From positions 22,823 to 86,822 of the forward strand of contig CAVRFW010000001.1 of NCBI GenBank assembly GCA_963720565.1: a stretch of DNA of 64,000 nucleotides, written 5' to 3'. Below, in pieces: positions 52,049-61,375 of the stretch. Each line of letters opens with the position of its first letter. The first letter of the stretch is position 1. A model generated the notes under the pieces. It made no database searches, was not told the DNA's origin, and saw only the letters and a list, made by a program, of their open reading frames with translations. The stretch comes from Candidatus Bathyarchaeota archaeon (GTDB taxonomy: Archaea; Thermoproteota; Bathyarchaeia; Bathyarchaeales; Bathycorpusculaceae). A program made the position numbers and the translations under genes.

Positions 52049-52378
52049 CTACGTCTTTGATGAGCCTGGTCTGAGCGCGATTAACTGAATTAACCAAGCT
52101 AGCCTGAGTATTTCGATGATTGTTCCGATAGCTTGTCCAGGCATTGCCTTGTTGAATTTGACTCTTACAACGCCGTTCTTTCCGTGAAGACCCACGATTC
52201 TCCCAGCAACCTTTCTGTTTGCAGTCTTCCACACAACTTTTCTTCCGAAGAACGGTCCTGCTTGAGCGATTGAAACTACATCGTTGATTTGAACAAGGCA
52301 TTCCTTTGACATTTGTGTCCTGATGCCCACCCGATAATTCATTATTCTTCCAATAACTGGTTGAGACAAAACTTTCAC
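52049..52378 (-). CDS. rpl35ae: Ribosomal protein L35Ae (eL33); C-terminal tail may be a frameshift artefact
   Basis: GRIMNYRVG..TQ, GRKVVWK, GRIVGLHGKNGVVRVKF...PGQAIG. Confidence 0.85.
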   Translation of the reverse strand: MKVLSQPVIGRIMNYRVGIRTQMSKECLVQINDVVSIAQAGPFFGRKVVWKTANRKVAGRIVGLHGKNGVVRVKFNKAMPGQAIGTIIEILRLAWLIQLIALRPGSSKT

Positions 52379-52380
52379 CC

Positions 52381-53025
52381 TTACAGCGCTAACTTAGATA
52401 CACCGCTTGCTCTTAAACGTGTTTGACCGAGCTCTGTGGTTGCAACGAATTGGTTCGAGTTGCTCAGAGAGCTTGCTTCTTTACCGATTCTTGAACTGAA
52501 AACCATCGTATGAATACAGAATGCGTGAAATTTAACAGTGTACAGTCTTTTTGTGAAGATGCGGAAGTACTTTTGAGATAATTCTCTGACAGTTTTCTCA
52601 TCCTCCACGTATTTCAAGTGCAATAGCTCGTGAATTAATGCAGCTCTTGCCCTGTTTTTCGCGTAGATATGTAAGATTTTTTTTCCAAATTTTTGCCTGA
52701 AAAGTTGGCAAAACTTGGATGTCTTGGGGTATATTCGAATTAGTCCTTGTGTAAGGTTACATTTTCCCGCAACGCCTTTTCCATTTTTGCCTCTCAGCGG
52801 AAGAATTTTCACTTGGATAACTCGGATTGTTTCTTTTTCGATGTGTTCCTTTGTCAGCATCCAGTTAAGGAACTGTTGAAATGAAGTTTTTGCCAAGGAT
52901 TTGAACACGAAGGCTGAGTACCTGCGGTAAAACCTAACCTGGTTACTAGAGAAAGCCCGAAGTTCTTCAGGGATGAAGCCTATTCTAATTTTGCCGTAGA
53001 GAAATCGGTTGTCTAGCATAAGCAT
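52381..53025 (-). CDS. Basic hypothetical protein with HExxH metallopeptidase-like motif
   Basis: GVAGKC...IRIYP...RAALIHELLHLKY. Confidence 0.6.
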   Translation of the reverse strand: MLMLDNRFLYGKIRIGFIPEELRAFSSNQVRFYRRYSAFVFKSLAKTSFQQFLNWMLTKEHIEKETIRVIQVKILPLRGKNGKGVAGKCNLTQGLIRIYPKTSKFCQLFRQKFGKKILHIYAKNRARAALIHELLHLKYVEDEKTVRELSQKYFRIFTKRLYTVKFHAFCIHTMVFSSRIGKEASSLSNSNQFVATTELGQTRLRASGVSKLAL

Positions 53026-53055
53026 CTACTAATCATAGGCGGGAGAAAGATAATC

Positions 53056-53262
53056 TCATTTGATATTAGTCATGAAAACCATGTTTCTACTGTTCTTAGA
53101 TTGGGGACGTGTGACTGTACCATATTTCGATGCAGGACGGCTCGTTATGCGGTGACTTGCTGGACACTGAATCCCCTTTGTTTTGCCGTCACTAGAAACC
53201 CAAACCACGTGCCCCATGCGGCTGCATTCTGGGCATTCCGCACGGTCGCCGACACGGACTAT
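53056..53262 (-). CDS. Small zinc-ribbon-like protein (68 aa), apparent ATA start; missed by the ORF track
   Basis: (I)VRVGDRAECPECSRMGHVVWVSSDGKTKGIQCPASH...; GGAGAG SD 8 nt upstream; in-frame stop just 5' of the SD. Confidence 0.6.
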   Translation of the reverse strand: MVRVGDRAECPECSRMGHVVWVSSDGKTKGIQCPASHRITSRPASKYGTVTRPQSKNSRNMVFMTNIK

Positions 53263-53396
53263 GTTTTTGTCTCTCCTTTCTTCTTATTATTAACAAAGAC
53301 TTTCTTTGCAGCCTTCTTTCGGAAAGTGCAAGTGCTTCGCACGGATGACTTACATCTTCTGCAGTTCTTTACCAAACCTACTCTCAACATACACAT
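53259..53396 (-). CDS. Small basic Cys-containing ORF (45 aa)
   Basis: GAGGT SD before ATG; MCMLRVGLVKNCRRCKSSVRSTCTFRKK...; its TAG overlaps the next start (ATAG). Confidence 0.4.
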   Translation of the reverse strand: MCMLRVGLVKNCRRCKSSVRSTCTFRKKAAKKVFVNNKKKGETKT

Positions 53397-53793
53397 AATA
53401 GTTACCTCTTGTCCTTTTTTTTATTTGAAAAGAATCAATTATTCGATTGGCTGAGCCCAGAGGATAAAAGAGACTCTTCAGATAGAATACCTCTGCCGTG
53501 CTTATAAACGCATATTACTAAGAGTTAGTTGTGAGCCCAACATGGAATCTCGGGCTTTTCACTTTCCAAAAATAAGTAGTAATACGTAATTATCGAGAAT
53601 AGATCATGGAAAACCTGCTTTTAGCGCAGTCAGGCTAATATAGTCGGCGCTTCAATAATTATGCAATTAGAATATTTTAGAGGAAGAGTCAGATCGTCAA
53701 AATACGTTTATGCTTTTTCTCCAGATTGTTCTGATTTATGATTCGTTGACGCATCAACGAAAGCTTGGTGCGGTGACGGAATTTGGTGTTTGA

Positions 53794-54099
53794 ATGGGAA
53801 AAAGGAAAATTACGAATGAGGGGGACCTCGACAAAATGATTTTGCCAACTGCTAATGATGTCTTAGGATTGGCAATTAAGATGCTTGGCGCTGACAGAAT
53901 CATGGTCAAGTGCCAAGATGGCAAAGAAAGACTGTGTAGAGTCCGAGGCAAGCTAAAGAGACGCGTGTGGATTAGGGAAGGAGATGTTGTTTTGGTATCC
54001 CCCTGGGACTTTCAGTCAGACACACGAGGAGACATTTTCTGGCGATACAGAAGAAACCAGTCTGACTGGCTCAGAGCACATAATTACCTAACGCTATAA
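53794..54099 (+). CDS. eif1a: Translation initiation factor aIF-1A
   Basis: KMLGADR..VKCQDGKERLCRVRGKLKRRVWIREGDVVLVSPWDFQ. Confidence 0.96.
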   Translation: MGKRKITNEGDLDKMILPTANDVLGLAIKMLGADRIMVKCQDGKERLCRVRGKLKRRVWIREGDVVLVSPWDFQSDTRGDIFWRYRRNQSDWLRAHNYLTL

Positions 54100-54117
54100 G
54101 GAATAGAAGGATGAGTA

Positions 54118-54765
54118 ATGTTGAGGCAAAAACGATCAATAGGCGAATATCTTGCTTTCCTGACCGTAAAATATGAAGTCGACCCAGAGAAGTTTCTTAG
54201 TGCCCTGCGCTTGGCTAGAGAACAGGGAAAAACAAATTGTGAAAGTCTCTCGATTGAGTTTAGGGGTAATGTAAACAAACAACATATTTTCTTGGTTAGG
54301 AATAAATCGGGTGTTGTTGCACAATTTCGAGTTCCTGACGAGTTTCTCTTGGAAAAGCAAAATTCCCTCGGTAAATTCATCGATGCAACCATGCTTCGCA
54401 GGGTCTTGTTTCAGAAATGCAAGGGAGTTCGAGTTCACAGCATCAGTGACTTAAGAGCGGGAATGAGTCACGTCAACCTCAGGGCTAAAATCTTGGAAGT
54501 TGCAGAACCAAGGCGTGTTGTTACAAGATACGGGAACTACGCCAACATAGCTAAAGCACTAATATCGGATGATACGGGAACAATCAAGCTGTGCTTATGG
54601 AATGAACAAATAAACGCAGTTACTGTAGGGGAAACCGTACAAATTGAAAACGCCAGAACGTCCACCTTCAGAGGAGAAAAACAGCTAACCCTTGGAACAA
54701 AAGGAGGGGTTAGCAACGACGGTGATTCAAGATTGAACGAAGTCACCTGTCTGCATCCGAATTGA
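54118..54765 (+). CDS. Protein with C-terminal SSB/RPA-type OB fold and uncharacterised N-terminal domain
   Basis: ISDLRAGMSHVNLRAKILEV...ISDDTGTIKLCLWNEQ...VQIENARTSTFRGEKQLTLG. Confidence 0.8.
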   Translation: MLRQKRSIGEYLAFLTVKYEVDPEKFLSALRLAREQGKTNCESLSIEFRGNVNKQHIFLVRNKSGVVAQFRVPDEFLLEKQNSLGKFIDATMLRRVLFQKCKGVRVHSISDLRAGMSHVNLRAKILEVAEPRRVVTRYGNYANIAKALISDDTGTIKLCLWNEQINAVTVGETVQIENARTSTFRGEKQLTLGTKGGVSNDGDSRLNEVTCLHPN

Positions 54766-54813
54766 AATCCAGGTTTGATGATTTTCTGGTTTAGTATCTG
54801 AGTGATTGAAATA

Positions 54814-54987
54814 ATGATAATAGTAAAATGCGTGGAATGCGGAAATACTTTCAAGATCAACGTCCCTATCGAGGGCGAACTCGTCGCCTGTCCTGTATGT
54901 GAGGCAGATTACACAGCAATCATAAAAGATGGAAAAGTTCAATTGAAAGACTTCGTCTATGAAAGTGAAGATTTCGGCGAACTTTAA
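54814..54987 (+). CDS. LysW/ArgW-like zinc-ribbon amino-group carrier protein, variant C-terminus
   Basis: CVECG...[11 protein letters not shown], acidic tail EDFGEL versus canonical EDWGE. Confidence 0.7.
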   Translation: MIIVKCVECGNTFKINVPIEGELVACPVCEADYTAIIKDGKVQLKDFVYESEDFGEL

Positions 54988-55004
54988 ACTATTACTATGA
55001 AGAG

Positions 55005-55232
55005 GTGATGCTTGATTTGGACAAATGGGAATACAAGGTTGTCCCAATAAAGACGCGGATTCACACGGACTACTCTGAGAGAGGCAGCAAACCGGTGATG
55101 GAGGATGTTCAAAACGACCTGAACGCATTGGGCGAAGAAGGTTGGGAACTAGTCTGCATTCAAGACATTAGAATGCCAGGCGAAAGACTGTTTACCGTGG
55201 CCTACCTTAAGAGGCAAAAAACACCAGCATAG
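55005..55232 (+). CDS. DUF4177-like small protein
   Basis: KWEYKVV...LNALGEEGWELV...YLKR. Confidence 0.8.
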   Translation: MMLDLDKWEYKVVPIKTRIHTDYSERGSKPVMEDVQNDLNALGEEGWELVCIQDIRMPGERLFTVAYLKRQKTPA

Positions 55233-55404
55233 AATACAATTCTCAAAAACAAGAGCCTCATTAATGACCATCTAATAACATCCGAACCGGGCAGCATACA
55301 CGACTTGACCATCAAGTAAAACAATTAGTGAATGGATAATGATTGGATTTTGAGTAGAGTAGTTTATTACCCGATACAACCATACTTCACTGCTGGGTAC
55401 GAGC

Positions 55405-55782
55405 ATGCCGAAGAAAAATGTTGGATTTAGAAAGTTAACAGAAGAAGAGGAAGAAGTTATAATTCATAAAGGGACGGAAGAACCTTTCACTGGCAAGTAC
55501 TTCGCCTTTTGGGAACATGGCACCTACGTTTGCAAGCGTTGTGGAACACCACTCTACCATTCTGAAAGCAAATTTGACCCAGGTTGCGGCTGGCCGAGCT
55601 TTGACGAAGAGATATCAGACACTGTCAAGAGAGTTCCTGACGCTGATGGTGTCCGGACTGAAATTCAATGCGCAAAATGCGGAGCACATCTTGGCCACGT
55701 TTTTATCGGAGAAAACTTAACCAAAAAGAGTACGCGACACTGTGTAAACTCCATCTCTATAGAGTTTGTTCCTGCAAAATAG
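55405..55782 (+). CDS. msrB: Peptide methionine-R-sulfoxide reductase
   Basis: GTEEPFTG, CKRC, KFDPGCGWPSF, RTEIQCAKCGAHLGHVF, RHCVNS. Confidence 0.96.
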   Translation: MPKKNVGFRKLTEEEEEVIIHKGTEEPFTGKYFAFWEHGTYVCKRCGTPLYHSESKFDPGCGWPSFDEEISDTVKRVPDADGVRTEIQCAKCGAHLGHVFIGENLTKKSTRHCVNSISIEFVPAK

Positions 55783-55858
55783 AACAAATCTAGTTAAGAA
55801 GTTGTTCATCAACTGTTGGCACCTCGAAAGAGTTATAGACAAAACATAGCAAAATCTT

Positions 55859-56668
55859 ATGCAAAACGAAGGCATTACAATGGCTGACCTGTTTGGAATC
55901 GACCTCCAAGTAATATTAGACGTGGTAATAATCGCGGCAGTTGCCATAATTCTCGAAAGGCTAATCGCGTTGTATCTGTCGCGTTTCGCCAAACGCCTAA
56001 AGCTAGACCGCAGTGCGAGTAACAATATTGTTCTCACATTCCGAGTCCTCATTCTAATTGGTGCCCTTCTCGCACTAAGCCGCGTGGGTGGATTGCAGTC
56101 TGAATGGATTGTATCCATTTCCGCAATAGGAGGTGCTGCCCTGGGTTTTGCATCACAGAAGACCCTTGGCAATTTTATCGCTGGACTATATCTCTTGGCT
56201 GCAAGACCCTTCAGCGTTGAGGATTACGTTCGCATCGGAACGGCGGAGGGAATAGTCCAGGAGATCACGATTAACTACACCAGGTTGCTTACAATAGGCA
56301 ACAACATCGTGGCGATAAGCAATCTGCAGATTCTCGACAGGGACATAACAAACTACACGTTGCACCAAACGAAACACTTAGACCTCAATTGCTACACTTT
56401 TGAAATAGGATTTAACCACGAAATTTCAACAGAGAAGATAGCCCAAATATTCGAAGAAGTCTTCAAAATACACACCCACTTGCTGCCTAAGAAACCAAGC
56501 TACATGTTAACGCGTTCGTCAGCCTTTGAGCGCGTTTATGTGGTCTATCTTTACGTTGAACACCCGGAGGATATCTTCGTCTTGAGACCTCAGATCGCCG
56601 AAGAAGTGTTCGAGCGCTGGGACAGAGAAAGAGAAAGAGCAAATACCCAAATACAAACAGCCCAGTAA
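55859..56668 (+). CDS. Small-conductance mechanosensitive channel family protein
   Basis: Three TM helices, ALGFASQKTLGNFIAG, RPFSVEDYVRIG..EGIVQEI. Confidence 0.88.
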   Translation: MQNEGITMADLFGIDLQVILDVVIIAAVAIILERLIALYLSRFAKRLKLDRSASNNIVLTFRVLILIGALLALSRVGGLQSEWIVSISAIGGAALGFASQKTLGNFIAGLYLLAARPFSVEDYVRIGTAEGIVQEITINYTRLLTIGNNIVAISNLQILDRDITNYTLHQTKHLDLNCYTFEIGFNHEISTEKIAQIFEEVFKIHTHLLPKKPSYMLTRSSAFERVYVVYLYVEHPEDIFVLRPQIAEEVFERWDRERERANTQIQTAQ

Positions 56669-56692
56669 TTATGAAAAAGAAGAGGATGAACG

Positions 56693-57031
56693 ATGGCTAA
56701 TAAAAAGAAAACCGAGAATCTCATGGCGCAAGCCGTTAACCTATCCGACCTTGTTGAGTATCAAGAAGGTTCAGTGGTAAGTCGCACTATAGTTGACAAG
56801 AAAACAGGAACTGTGACGCTGTTTGCTTTCGACGCTGACCAAGGACTAAGCGAGCACAAAGCCCCATACGACGCCATAGTCTACATCTTAAACGGCGAAG
56901 CGGATGTGATTATTTCTGGCAAACATGTTCGCTTAAAAGAGGGCGAAATGACAATAATGCCAGCGAACGAGCCACACGCTCTTACAGCTCTGACGAGATT
57001 CAAAATGCTTCTGACAATGATAAGATCATAA
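56693..57031 (+). CDS. Cupin domain protein
   Basis: VTLFAFDADQGLSEHKAP, MPANEPHAL. Confidence 0.9.
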   Translation: MANKKKTENLMAQAVNLSDLVEYQEGSVVSRTIVDKKTGTVTLFAFDADQGLSEHKAPYDAIVYILNGEADVIISGKHVRLKEGEMTIMPANEPHALTALTRFKMLLTMIRS

Positions 57032-57110
57032 CGCAAGCAACCGCTTAAACGCAAAACCGTTACAACGAAAGAAAATAAGCAAAGAAACGAATTGCATTTT
57101 TTTCTATGTT

Positions 57111-58146
57111 TCACTGCGAGTCTCTGTTAGGCTCAAGAATCACCTTCAACGATTTTCCCGCTTCTGCCATCAGCTTGAAACCTTCAGCAGCCTGACGTAA
57201 GTCCAGCCTATGCGTGATCATATTCTGAACATTCAACTTTTTAGCTACCAAAATACTCAAAGCTTCCGCCAAGTCGTTTGGTGCTGCACCGTAGCTAGTT
57301 TTAATGGTTATTTCGTTTCTCCAAAACTGCGTTATGGGTAACGGAATCCGTACCGTTGGTTCCGGTACTGCAAAGAATAATATTGTTCCGCCTTTATCCA
57401 CGCAGTCCAGCGCTGTCAAGGCTGCTTGTGTTGCGCCCGTGCAGACAACGACCTGATCCACAAGTCGCCCATCGTTTGCATCCTTCAGTTTCTGCGGAAC
57501 ATTCTCCTTGGCTTCGATGATAACGTCTGCACCGAATTTCTCGGCTAGAGATAGCCTATAGGGGTTTACGTCAGCAACGATTATTCGTTTGACTCCTTTC
57601 AGCTTCGCCAGTTGTACATGCAACAGACCTGAAACGCCGCAACCGATTACGAACAAGGTGTCAGTCTTGCCGATAGTCGCTAGCTCGCTGACCACGAAGA
57701 ACGCAGGCCAGAGGCTCAATAAACGTGCCTTGTTCAAAAGACATGCCATGAGGTAGTCTGTAAACGCCTTGCTCAACATTTATTTTAGGCACACGAACAA
57801 ACTGGGCAAATCCCCCTGGAAAATAGTTCGAGGTGTGAAGCGTCTCGCAAGCCGTGTGATGATCGCGTTGACAATAATGGCATTTTCCACATGGAACGTG
57901 ATGGGAAACGAAAACTCTATCTCCCACTTTTAGATTTTCAACTCTTGCTCCTGCTTTTGCTATAACGCCGGTCGCCTCGTGACCTAGGACTCTTGGAGCT
58001 TTGGGCACCCGATACCATTCGGTTACGTCACTGCCGCAGATCCCGCTTGCCATGACCTTTAACAGTACTTCTTCGTCACCGATTTCGGGAATTGGTATCT
58101 CTTCAATCCTGACGTCATGATTGTTATAGTACACTGCAGTCAACAA
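57111..58146 (-). CDS. Zinc-dependent alcohol/polyol dehydrogenase (MDR family); +1 frameshift near 57685
   Basis: ICGSD, LGHE, CGKCHYC...C structural Zn, EPLAC; then VIGCGVSG Rossmann motif in the next frame. Confidence 0.9.
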
Positions 58147-58181
58147 TCAGGATTCCACCCACCAAAAAAAGGAAGAAAAGG

Positions 58182-58979
58182 TTAAGCTTTTCCAGCTTTT
58201 ACCTGTTCGTACAAGTCTTCAGCTTCTTTTGGCGTGTAACCGTCGTGAATTATGGCTCTCATGGCTCTTATTGCAGCCACTGGATAGTCAGTTTGCCAAA
58301 TGTTCCTTCCCAAGTTCACGCCTATGGCTCCTTTTTGCATTCCGTCATAAACAAAATCGAACGCCTCGCGTTGAGTATCAACCTTCGGTCCGCCTGCTAT
58401 TACGACTGGCACAGGGCATCCATCTACGACTTTTTCAAATTTCTCTGAACAATAGTAGGTTTTCACGACTCTAGCGCCGACTTCTGCCGCTACTCTGCAA
58501 CATAATGCCAAATAGCGCGCTTCACGCTTCTCAAGCTCTTTACCGACAGCTGTTACTGCCATAACAGGAATCCCGTAATCCTCACAGACATCCACGAGCT
58601 TCGCCAAGTTTGACAGACTCTCGTGCTCATATTTGCTGCCTATAAAAACGGACATGGAAACAGCGCTTGCGTTAAGCCTAATAATTTCACTTATGGAAGT
58701 AACAATGTTTTCGTTAGCCAAGTCTTCTCCTACAACGGTTGCTGCACCCGAAACTCTCAGGATAATTGGTTTGGTTTTAGTTGGATCTATGCAGTTTCTC
58801 AGTACGCCGCGGGTCATCATCAAAGCGTCGGCATATTGCCAAAGTGGCTTAATAGTTTCTCCAGGCTTCTCCAACTTGTGAGTCGGGCCTTGGAAGTATC
58901 CATGATCTATTGGCAGGAAGAGTGCTTTGCCATCAGCCTTAATGAGCTGAGCTAATCTATTCTTCATTCCCCATTCCAA
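58182..58979 (-). CDS. lsrF: LsrF-like thiolase / class I aldolase (DhnA family)
   Basis: (M)EWGMKNRL, PIDHGYFQGP, MAVTAVGKE, ARVVKTYY, VVIAGGPK, GRNIWQ. Confidence 0.85.
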   Translation of the reverse strand: MEWGMKNRLAQLIKADGKALFLPIDHGYFQGPTHKLEKPGETIKPLWQYADALMMTRGVLRNCIDPTKTKPIILRVSGAATVVGEDLANENIVTSISEIIRLNASAVSMSVFIGSKYEHESLSNLAKLVDVCEDYGIPVMAVTAVGKELEKREARYLALCCRVAAEVGARVVKTYYCSEKFEKVVDGCPVPVVIAGGPKVDTQREAFDFVYDGMQKGAIGVNLGRNIWQTDYPVAAIRAMRAIIHDGYTPKEAEDLYEQVKAGKA

Positions 58980-59221
58980 TGGTTTTCTCACCGCGCACCT
59001 TCTTGATTTCAGAGCTAAATAACTTTTCTGTGCCTTTGCGATATATCGAAAATGCATTTCCAGCTGAAAAGTTGATGTTCGCGCGGTATTTTTCAGGGGC
59101 TTACGAAGCGATATAACAAAAGCAGGCAGTTTGATATCGGGAGATTATCAACTCGGCGTGAGGAATCTTTAAACCACAGTTTTCGAGAACAGAAAGCTAT
59201 TCAAGTATAGGATGATGTGGC

Positions 59222-60663
59222 TTGCAGTACAAGTGGGTGGTTTTATCTGTCACCACCATTGGCGTTCTAATGGCTGGACTCGACGCGCGCATAGTAATCA
59301 TCGGACTTCCAGAAGTAGTTCAAGCTCTCGGAGCAGATGCCGAACAAGGAATCTGGATAAACCAAGCCTACCTCTTGGGCAGCATAGCAATTCTTCTTCT
59401 CGTCGGTTATTTCGCGGACAATTTTGGAAGAAAACGCGTCTACACCAGCGGTTTCGTCATATTTACCATTGGCTCCGCCTTGACAAGCCTCGCCATTGAC
59501 CCGATGCAGGTGATCTTGTTCAGGATAATTCAAGGCATAGGCTCAGGCATCATCCTAACGAGTAGCGTTGCGCTAATAGTTGACGCTACACCCCGAAACG
59601 AGTTGGGCTTCTCACTGGGCGTAAACAACCTCGGATTCCGCTTCGGCGCCATGGCAGGACTAACTTTGAGCGGTTTGATCCTTTCATTAATTGGTGACTG
59701 GCGAGCATTATTCTACGTAAATGTGCCCATAGGTATTTTCGGAACCATCTGGTCACAAATCACCATAAAAGAAACCCTCAAGAACAGAAAGGAAAGCCAA
59801 CGAGAACAAATTCGCTTGTATAGACGGGCTTGGCTTCTTGACATTCACCCTATTTATCGTATCGCTCCTTCTAGCGTTGACATTTGCCGCGTATGGCATG
59901 GGAAGTCAACTCCTCACCTTGGAATTCACGATAATCAGCGTTGTCAGCCTCGCTGTCTTTATTGCTCGGGAACTAAGATGTCAAAATCCCCTGCTTGACC
60001 TTAAAATCCTCAAGATACGGGAATACACAGGGGGCATCATTGCGCAGTTAATAAACGCGGTATCTTGGGGGGCGGTGCTACTGCTCCTAAGCTTCTATTT
60101 CCAGCTTGTTCTTGGCTTAAGTCCTCTGGACGCGGGCATAAGAATAATCCCGTTTGACATTTCCTTCCTCGTGTTTGGTCCTCTAAGCGGCAAACTCAGC
60201 GACAGGTTTGGTCATCTGCCCTTCACTACAACAGGCATAGTATTGGCTAGTTTTTCGCTGTTTCTATTCTCGACAGTGGAAGCCACTACGCCATACCTAA
60301 CCATCGCGGTCTACATGATGCTTTTCGGTGCAGCTATAGGCATTATTCGGCAGCCCAAACATGAGCTCGATAATGAGAGCTATTCCAGCAGAAAGAAGAG
60401 GCATAGGATCAGCGCTGCGCGCTACTTTTTTTAACGTAGGCTTTGCCGTTAGTCTCAACTTAGCTATTCTTATTATTAGTCTCACCATACCCTATGCCTT
60501 AGTCACGCAGATAGTTGCGGGATACACGACAACATTGATTGCTGATAGAGAACTATTCCTCCAAAGCTTGAAGTCGACTTACCTATGGCTAGCAGCCTTA
60601 AACATCGTGGCAATTGTCCCATCAGCGTTGCGGGGAAAGGGGTTGGAGCTGCAAAGCGGATGA
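59222..60663 (+). CDS. MFS transporter, DHA2/EmrB-like (14 TM); two +1 frameshifts (about 59795 and 60344)
   Basis: AGLDARIV, GYFADNFGRKR, WRALFYVNVPIG, PLLDL, GKLSDRFG, SPNMSSIM across three frames. Confidence 0.88.
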
Positions 60664-60857
60664 GACCAGGAAGCAATCAGACTGTAAGCGCGCTCTGTTC
60701 ATAATCTGCGTGAGGTTATTAAGTGGCGCGGGCGTTACAATTTATCTTGGACGAAAAGAAACCACAACCTCCGTTATCTTTCGAGATTCATTCTGGACCC
60801 ATTTAGCCTAAGCGCTTCTGATATCGAGTAATTTCATTGAACGAAAAAAGAGGGAAA

Positions 60858-61247
60858 TTAGGGGTTTGCGCCACTCAGGCGCTTACTTTTTCTTAGCAAC
60901 AGTGCGATTATTGCAATGCCGACTACTGCGATTGCTGCTATTATTCCGCCGATTCCAGGTAGCAAGTATTGGTCAGCAACTGAAGCTGGTGGATTAGTGG
61001 GTGCAACCGTTGGTTCGGGTGCTTCCATCACGCCGAAAGCGGTTTCCGTGTATGAAGGCCAGTAAGATTCTGAGCCTGCAAATGTCGCGATAACGGTGTA
61101 TTTGCCTGAAATGTCAGGTGTCCACATGAAACTGTAAGCTCCGTATCCGTCACTTGTTACAGTTCCTATGTTCCGATAGTTTCCGTTAGAGTCTATCACG
61201 TCAATGGCAACTGGAACACCTGTAACGTCAGCTGGACATTGTTGCTG
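60858..61247 (-). pseudogene. C-terminal fragment of a PQQ-like surface protein, paralog of 45002-47606
   Basis: QQQCPADVTGVPVAIDVIDSNGNYRNIG...GKYTVIATFAGS...ADQYLLP-TM; homology stops abruptly at about 61247, no signal peptide. Confidence 0.75.
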
Positions 61248-61375
61248 CGTTAATGGATAAGAGGATTCTACAGTTCAATTCTGCACGTTCATATTTCTCT
61301 TTCATAAATCTAAATTGCTACTTCGAATGGTTTATCAATACGGCTGGGTAATTTCGTGAACTCAAGAATAGATAA

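Noticed and set aside
53101..53454. 117-aa plus-strand ORF
   Set aside because: The opposite strand has SD-led small ORFs co-oriented with the downstream operon and a more protein-like sequence
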